From NCBI GenBank assembly GCA_965228855.1, contig CBDDIJ010000003.1, positions 2,432,001-2,496,000 of the forward strand: DNA of 64,000 nucleotides. Reading direction: 5' to 3'. The stretch is from Candidatus Obscuribacterales bacterium. Lineage in GTDB: Bacteria > Cyanobacteriota > Vampirovibrionia > Obscuribacterales > Obscuribacteraceae. The stretch's first letter is position 1. The number at the start of each line of letters is the position of its first letter. Below, one piece after another: positions 59,886 to 64,000 of the stretch. Position numbers and translations under genes: made by a program. Under the pieces are notes generated by a model. It made no database searches, was not told where the DNA came from, and was given only the letters and a program-made list of their open reading frames with translations.

Positions 59886-61706
59886 GTGAAAAACGAACGA
59901 TTTTCAAAACTCGCTCTTTTGATTCCGGCAGTTCTCTTGTTCGCGAGCGGTCAGTACCAGCAGGCCGACGGCAAGCTGGAAAAGGCATTGCTTGCGCAAG
60001 GCGAAGACAGCGATCAGAGTTCGGGAACTATTACGCCGGAAAAAATTCGAGCGGTCGTAGAGATTTATTTACGCCAGAAGTGGCAACCGGCAGGTGGTGC
60101 AGAAGGTGCTACGGCGACCATTCGATTCGTGATCGATAAATCGGGTCAGGTCTTTGGCGATCCATCCGTAAAAACCAGCGGTGGTGGCGCGGAATTTGAT
60201 AATGCCGCAGTCAACGCAATTAAGAGCGTTGGGCCGCTACCGGCGTTGCCGCCGTACCTGGGAGACAGTATCGCCTTCATCGCCAAGTTTCATGCAGGGA
60301 AAGGGGCATGGATGGAACTGAACGTCGATGAGAACGGTTCTCCATCCGGAGCAGGCATGTCTTCGACTTCCGCAAACAGAACCGCGCCGGCCAGTGCATC
60401 GGCGACGGCGGTTTCACTTGATGCAAGTTCTGCAAGCCTGGATGGTTCAACCGGCAGCACTGCAGCTGGTGGCACCGGACAGTCCGGCTGGACGCAGCCA
60501 TCCGGTTCCGCAACAGGTCAATCGGGATGGACACAACCATCCGGTTCCGCAAGCGGACAATCGGGATGGACACAACCATCCGGTTCCGCAACAAGTCAAT
60601 CGGGATGGACACAACCGTCCGGTTCCGCAAGCGGACAATCCGTATGGACTCAACCATCATCCGAACCTGCCAATAACATGCCTGCAGGGAATCAACGCGT
60701 CAGTTCAAAGAAGGAAAGTTCGACGCCAAGCCAACCTTCGCAAGTGTCGACTATTTCTGGCATGCAGAATCCTTCTGAGGAAATGAGCCAACAGGTAATA
60801 TTGCTGAACAATAAAGCCGTGGTCGCAATCGCTGACAACAACTACGAGTTGGCTATCAAGCACTTAGAAGACGCCCTGAAAATAGACAGCAGATATCAGC
60901 AAGCACGAGCGAACCTGGCTATTGCATACAACAACTATGGGTTGCAATTGAAGGACCGACCTGATGAAGCAATCAAAGTTTTCCATAAAGCGCTCGCCCT
61001 GGATCCCGCCAACGAAAAAACCAAAACGAATCTGGACACCATCATTCAGTACATGGGAAAAAATCCGAGAGTGTTCAAAGACCGCCTCGATCTGGGCAAC
61101 AAAGCAATCGCTCAGGGCGATAAGCTTGGTGCTCGTATCGAATGGGAAGCTGCACTATCAATCAAACCAGATCCGATAGTGCAGCAAAAGCTCTCGGCAT
61201 TGATGAGCGGCACATCACCCAACGGCACACCCGACGATCCCCGAAGACACCACGGAATACAACAGGGGCATAGTACTACTGCTGGTGCCCCGCAAAACAA
61301 TGTAAGTGCAACCGGCATGCAAACAAAACAACCGAACAAAGCCGCGCCCGGTAAAGCTGGCGCTCCGGCACGTCCAGCGGCCGTCCCCGGATCGATGCTG
61401 AGCGGCGGAAGACCGGCAGCTGGCGCTATCAAAGTCGTCCCAGGTTTCGGAAGCGGTCCGACAGCCAAAGTACCGCAGTCGGGGCTGGGTGATGATACCA
61501 TAGGCGGTGCCCCTGTAGGACCGGTTTCAAACCAGCTCGATTCAATGTACCGAAATCTGAAAAACCTGGAAGTAAAAACGTTCGGCAAACCATTCGATTC
61601 CGAAGATATACTTTCGAGACTCTCACGCCTGGAAAAGAAACTACTGGGCAAAACCCAAGCAGGAAAGCCAATGAGAAGGCTTGATGCGCTTCTGCTACTG
61701 CAGTGA
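59886..61706 (+). CDS. Secreted TonB-C-terminal / TPR domain protein
   Basis: W.P...ATIRFVIDKSGQV...SGGGAEFDNAAVNAI..VGPLPALP; TPRs (NLAIAYNNYG, ALALDP); C-terminal LEVKTFG...RLSRLEKKLLG. Confidence 0.8.
   Translation: MKNERFSKLALLIPAVLLFASGQYQQADGKLEKALLAQGEDSDQSSGTITPEKIRAVVEIYLRQKWQPAGGAEGATATIRFVIDKSGQVFGDPSVKTSGGGAEFDNAAVNAIKSVGPLPALPPYLGDSIAFIAKFHAGKGAWMELNVDENGSPSGAGMSSTSANRTAPASASATAVSLDASSASLDGSTGSTAAGGTGQSGWTQPSGSATGQSGWTQPSGSASGQSGWTQPSGSATSQSGWTQPSGSASGQSVWTQPSSEPANNMPAGNQRVSSKKESSTPSQPSQVSTISGMQNPSEEMSQQVILLNNKAVVAIADNNYELAIKHLEDALKIDSRYQQARANLAIAYNNYGLQLKDRPDEAIKVFHKALALDPANEKTKTNLDTIIQYMGKNPRVFKDRLDLGNKAIAQGDKLGARIEWEAALSIKPDPIVQQKLSALMSGTSPNGTPDDPRRHHGIQQGHSTTAGAPQNNVSATGMQTKQPNKAAPGKAGAPARPAAVPGSMLSGGRPAAGAIKVVPGFGSGPTAKVPQSGLGDDTIGGAPVGPVSNQLDSMYRNLKNLEVKTFGKPFDSEDILSRLSRLEKKLLGKTQAGKPMRRLDALLLLQ
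60477..60662 (+). repeat. 39-bp in-frame tandem repeat, ~5 copies (GQSGWTQPSGSA[T/S])
   Basis: Near-identical CAATCGGGATGGACACAACCATCCGGTTCCGCA cores. Confidence 0.9.
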
Positions 61707-61710
61707 TCTT

Positions 61711-61879
61711 GTTTCCAAAACTCGCCACGCCCACATGACGAACATCACGCTTGGGGGTCACGTTATAGGCCCCGTCAATCCCAGAGCGACGGATCTAGCG
61801 AATTCCGTCGCTGTCTCATTGACGGACCTCCGTGTCGGCATCTCTTTACAACCGCAGGTAGTGGCATTGATTAGCAACG
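61711..61879 (-). ncRNA. Candidate structured non-coding RNA (rod with central bubble, 6S-like architecture)
   Basis: Nested inverted repeats GCCAC/GTGGC, CACG/CGTG, CCGTCAAT/ATTGACGG, AGCGACGGA/TCCGTCGCT; G-U pairs favour the minus strand. Confidence 0.4.
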
Positions 61880-61991
61880 CTTAATCTGCGTCGCGGGAAC
61901 ATGACTTTTTACGCATCGTCATTTTCTTCAGACCGACGATGAATGAATTTCCACAGCATTCATTCCGATAAGCACTTCTCGCCCAACTCCC

Positions 61992-62029
61992 CAAAAGCAC
62001 GGACTAGGTAAAGGTAGTCCGTGCTTTTG
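61992..62029. terminator. Perfect 15-bp hairpin, possible bidirectional terminator
   Basis: CAAAAGCACGGACTA / TAGTCCGTGCTTTTG with 8-nt loop. Confidence 0.75.
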
Positions 62030-62136
62030 ATTTGCTGAGCGAAATTGTTGCCTTCAATACCAATTGGAAATATCGCCTCATAATTTTCGCTGCAACTTGG
62101 TACTAAAGAAATGTGAGTCTTCCGAGGTTGCTCGTC

Positions 62137-62775
62137 ATGGACAAGAAGAACGCGATTACCGCTCTGGTCGTTTTGAGCCTTTGCGCCGGCTATGCCGATT
62201 CGGCTAATGCGCAAGGTCTCTTGGGTTTGTTCAGGGCAGCCGCAAGTCTCGGCAAAACAGCCGGAGCTGCCGGCAAGGTCGCAGGAGCGGCAGGCAAGGG
62301 AGCCATGGCGGCAGGCACTGCAGCGAAGGCTGGCTCGGCAGCAGGTGGCGTCGGGAAAGCAGCAGCGGTCGGCGTAGGCGCCGCAGCTGCGCATGACGCG
62401 GCTATCGGCGGACGGGCGGCAGCAGCGGCGGCTGGGGTTTCAGCTGCTGAAGCTGCGGACGGAGCCTCTTTGGCAGGAAGAGCCGCGGCACACGCGGCGG
62501 GAGACGCAAGCGTCACCACTGGAGTGAATGCCACTGGCAAGGGCGCGAAAGGGGTTTCCAATCAGGCTAAAGGCGTATCAAACGCGGAGGGAATTCGCAG
62601 AGGCGGTAAAGCCAAAGGCTTAACAGCTCAACCGAAGACCAAGACAGCGCCGAGCAAAGCCAAGATTGCAAAAGAAACGGCGGATTTGGCGAGCAATGCG
62701 GCATCGTTCGCAGGCAATGACGACCAGGACAGTGCCGCAGCGAAACCGGCGCCTCGCCAAACTCGAAGCAAATGA
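62137..62775 (+). CDS. Secreted Ala/Gly-rich low-complexity protein
   Basis: Signal peptide MDKKNAITALVVLSLCAGYADSANA; GAGG SD; AAG/AGK repeats. Confidence 0.7.
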   Translation: MDKKNAITALVVLSLCAGYADSANAQGLLGLFRAAASLGKTAGAAGKVAGAAGKGAMAAGTAAKAGSAAGGVGKAAAVGVGAAAAHDAAIGGRAAAAAAGVSAAEAADGASLAGRAAAHAAGDASVTTGVNATGKGAKGVSNQAKGVSNAEGIRRGGKAKGLTAQPKTKTAPSKAKIAKETADLASNAASFAGNDDQDSAAAKPAPRQTRSK

Positions 62776-62785
62776 TAGCCTCAGT

Positions 62786-63622
62786 CTAGTTTCCCCAGTA
62801 CTTTTGACCGTCTGACATGCTCGAGCTGCCACTGCGGAAGCGATCGGCAGCAGCATAGTCGCCATAGCGTTCGGCGTTCTGCGCCTGACGCTCCCAACTC
62901 GGCACCGCCGAAGAACTTGACTCACCGCCGCTGCTGCTACTTTCCGAAGGAGTGTAAAACGAATTGCCTGATGAGAAATCAACCCATTGAACCGGTCGCT
63001 TGGCCCATTCTTTTTCGGCTGCACGTAACTTCTTCAAATCCTCATCAAACCAGGCGCGTTGCTGGTCGTAAGCCGGCTTTATGTGCGCCATCAATACGCG
63101 GGCTTTGTTTTTAACTTCAGGAGAACCGGAAGGCATATTCGAACATCGGCGCAACAAGCCAGTCGCTTTGATGTAGTTGCGCTGGTTCGCAACCATAACA
63201 GCGTCGAGATAAATCCAGGTCGGGTTTTCTGGCTCAAGCACCTGCATCGTCTTGTACATCCGTTGCATTTCTCCAGTCAAGGAACGAACGGCCATTTTTC
63301 CGGATGGAGCAGCAATCTCCTTGTCGAGCAATTGCTTCTGCAGCGCAAGAGCGCGACGAGCCACGTTGCTCAACGGCTCCCCGCCAAGCGTCAAGCTGCG
63401 TCGGAAAGCTTCATCAGGAGAGGCTTGCAGTGCGTATCCTACTGCATTGAAATAAGCATTGCGCGCGCCTTCGAGAAGACCATCCGCCTCTGCCTTGCGT
63501 GCGCGGACATACTCCGACTCCGCCTCGTTCAGCGAAGAACGATTCGTGACAGGAGACGCCGCAAAACAGCTGCCGATAAGGAGCAGCGACGAAATGGCGC
63601 TAGTGAACAACGCGGTTTTCAT
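62786..63622 (-). CDS. Hypothetical secreted helical (TPR-like) protein
   Basis: Signal peptide; LEPENPTWIYLDA; Ser-rich tail. Confidence 0.65.
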   Translation of the reverse strand: MKTALFTSAISSLLLIGSCFAASPVTNRSSLNEAESEYVRARKAEADGLLEGARNAYFNAVGYALQASPDEAFRRSLTLGGEPLSNVARRALALQKQLLDKEIAAPSGKMAVRSLTGEMQRMYKTMQVLEPENPTWIYLDAVMVANQRNYIKATGLLRRCSNMPSGSPEVKNKARVLMAHIKPAYDQQRAWFDEDLKKLRAAEKEWAKRPVQWVDFSSGNSFYTPSESSSSGGESSSSAVPSWERQAQNAERYGDYAAADRFRSGSSSMSDGQKYWGN

Positions 63623-63694
63623 TTAGACTCCGCTCGTGATGGATTCATGATACATTGTCAGAGGCACTCACGAAAGTACCTGATAGGGTGAAAA

Positions 63695-64000
63695 ATGAGG
63701 ACGCTGGTCGCGCTCGCAGTGACACTTTTCATTTCGACTACGGCCGCTTGGGCTGCGGTCGAAGGTCAGATTGCCGGAAGTTGGAAGGCGGCCGACGGCA
63801 CCATTTTGCAAATTAAAACCGACGGCAGCTACAGCAAACTTTCGGGCAGCCGGGTAGTAGAGACTGGCACCATAACCGCTTTGGACGGTAAATGGAATTT
63901 ACGTTCGAGTTCCGGCAAACCAGACAGCGGAACCTTTTCGATTATTGGCGGCACATTGACCTTGCGCAGCAGTGTTGTAGGGACAACATCTTGGTCTCGG
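63695..64000 (+). CDS. Secreted beta-rich protein, runs off the window end (not in ORF track)
   Basis: MRTLVALAVTLFISTTAAWAAVEGQIAGSWKAADGTILQIKTDGSY..., open to position 64000. Confidence 0.7.
   Translation, partial: MRTLVALAVTLFISTTAAWAAVEGQIAGSWKAADGTILQIKTDGSYSKLSGSRVVETGTITALDGKWNLRSSSGKPDSGTFSIIGGTLTLRSSVVGTTSWSR

Noticed and set aside
60477..60662. CRISPR-like periodicity
   Set aside because: Units are contiguous in-frame repeats without unique spacers; no cas genes
61750..61990. Possible tmRNA (GGGGGT start, ORF ending ...ALISNA*)
   Set aside because: No GGATTCGAC-like 5' motif and no T-arm/CCA 3' end

Overview
Gene-dense bacterial chromosomal window with about 50 CDS. I found no rRNA, tRNA, CRISPR array, transposase or phage genes. 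Cyanobacteria-type GAF motifs, DUF6745 proteins, many orphan secreted proteins and the absence of photosynthesis genes suggest a non-photosynthetic cyanobacterial relative (Melainabacteria/Vampirovibrionia-like); this is inference only. Recognisable genes include a diguanylate cyclase, folK-acpS, an orphan MazF/PemK, an ipdC-like decarboxylase, solA, a Ser/Thr kinase, a complete trpEGD(CF)BA operon, a MATE transporter, trpS, an RpoD-family sigma, mgtE, a pccB-like carboxyltransferase, a two-component pair, msrA, dnaK and htpX. Most notable: (1) an ECF sigma gene followed by a 1535-aa soluble protein with a zinc anti-sigma domain, a ~1200-aa disordered region in successive WG-, FG- and Met/Pro-rich blocks with repeated short motifs, and a C-terminal Roadblock/MglB domain, with a DUF4388/MshEN-like protein nearby; (2) an unannotated 26-aa leader peptide with five Trp plus a terminator (trp attenuator) in front of a TrpE lacking both Trp-feedback motifs; (3) a trypsin-fold protease with Cys in place of the catalytic Ser (GNCGGP); (4) two candidate structured ncRNAs and an unannotated 42-aa basic protein upstream of trpS. 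All domain calls come from visual motif recognition; no database searches were run.
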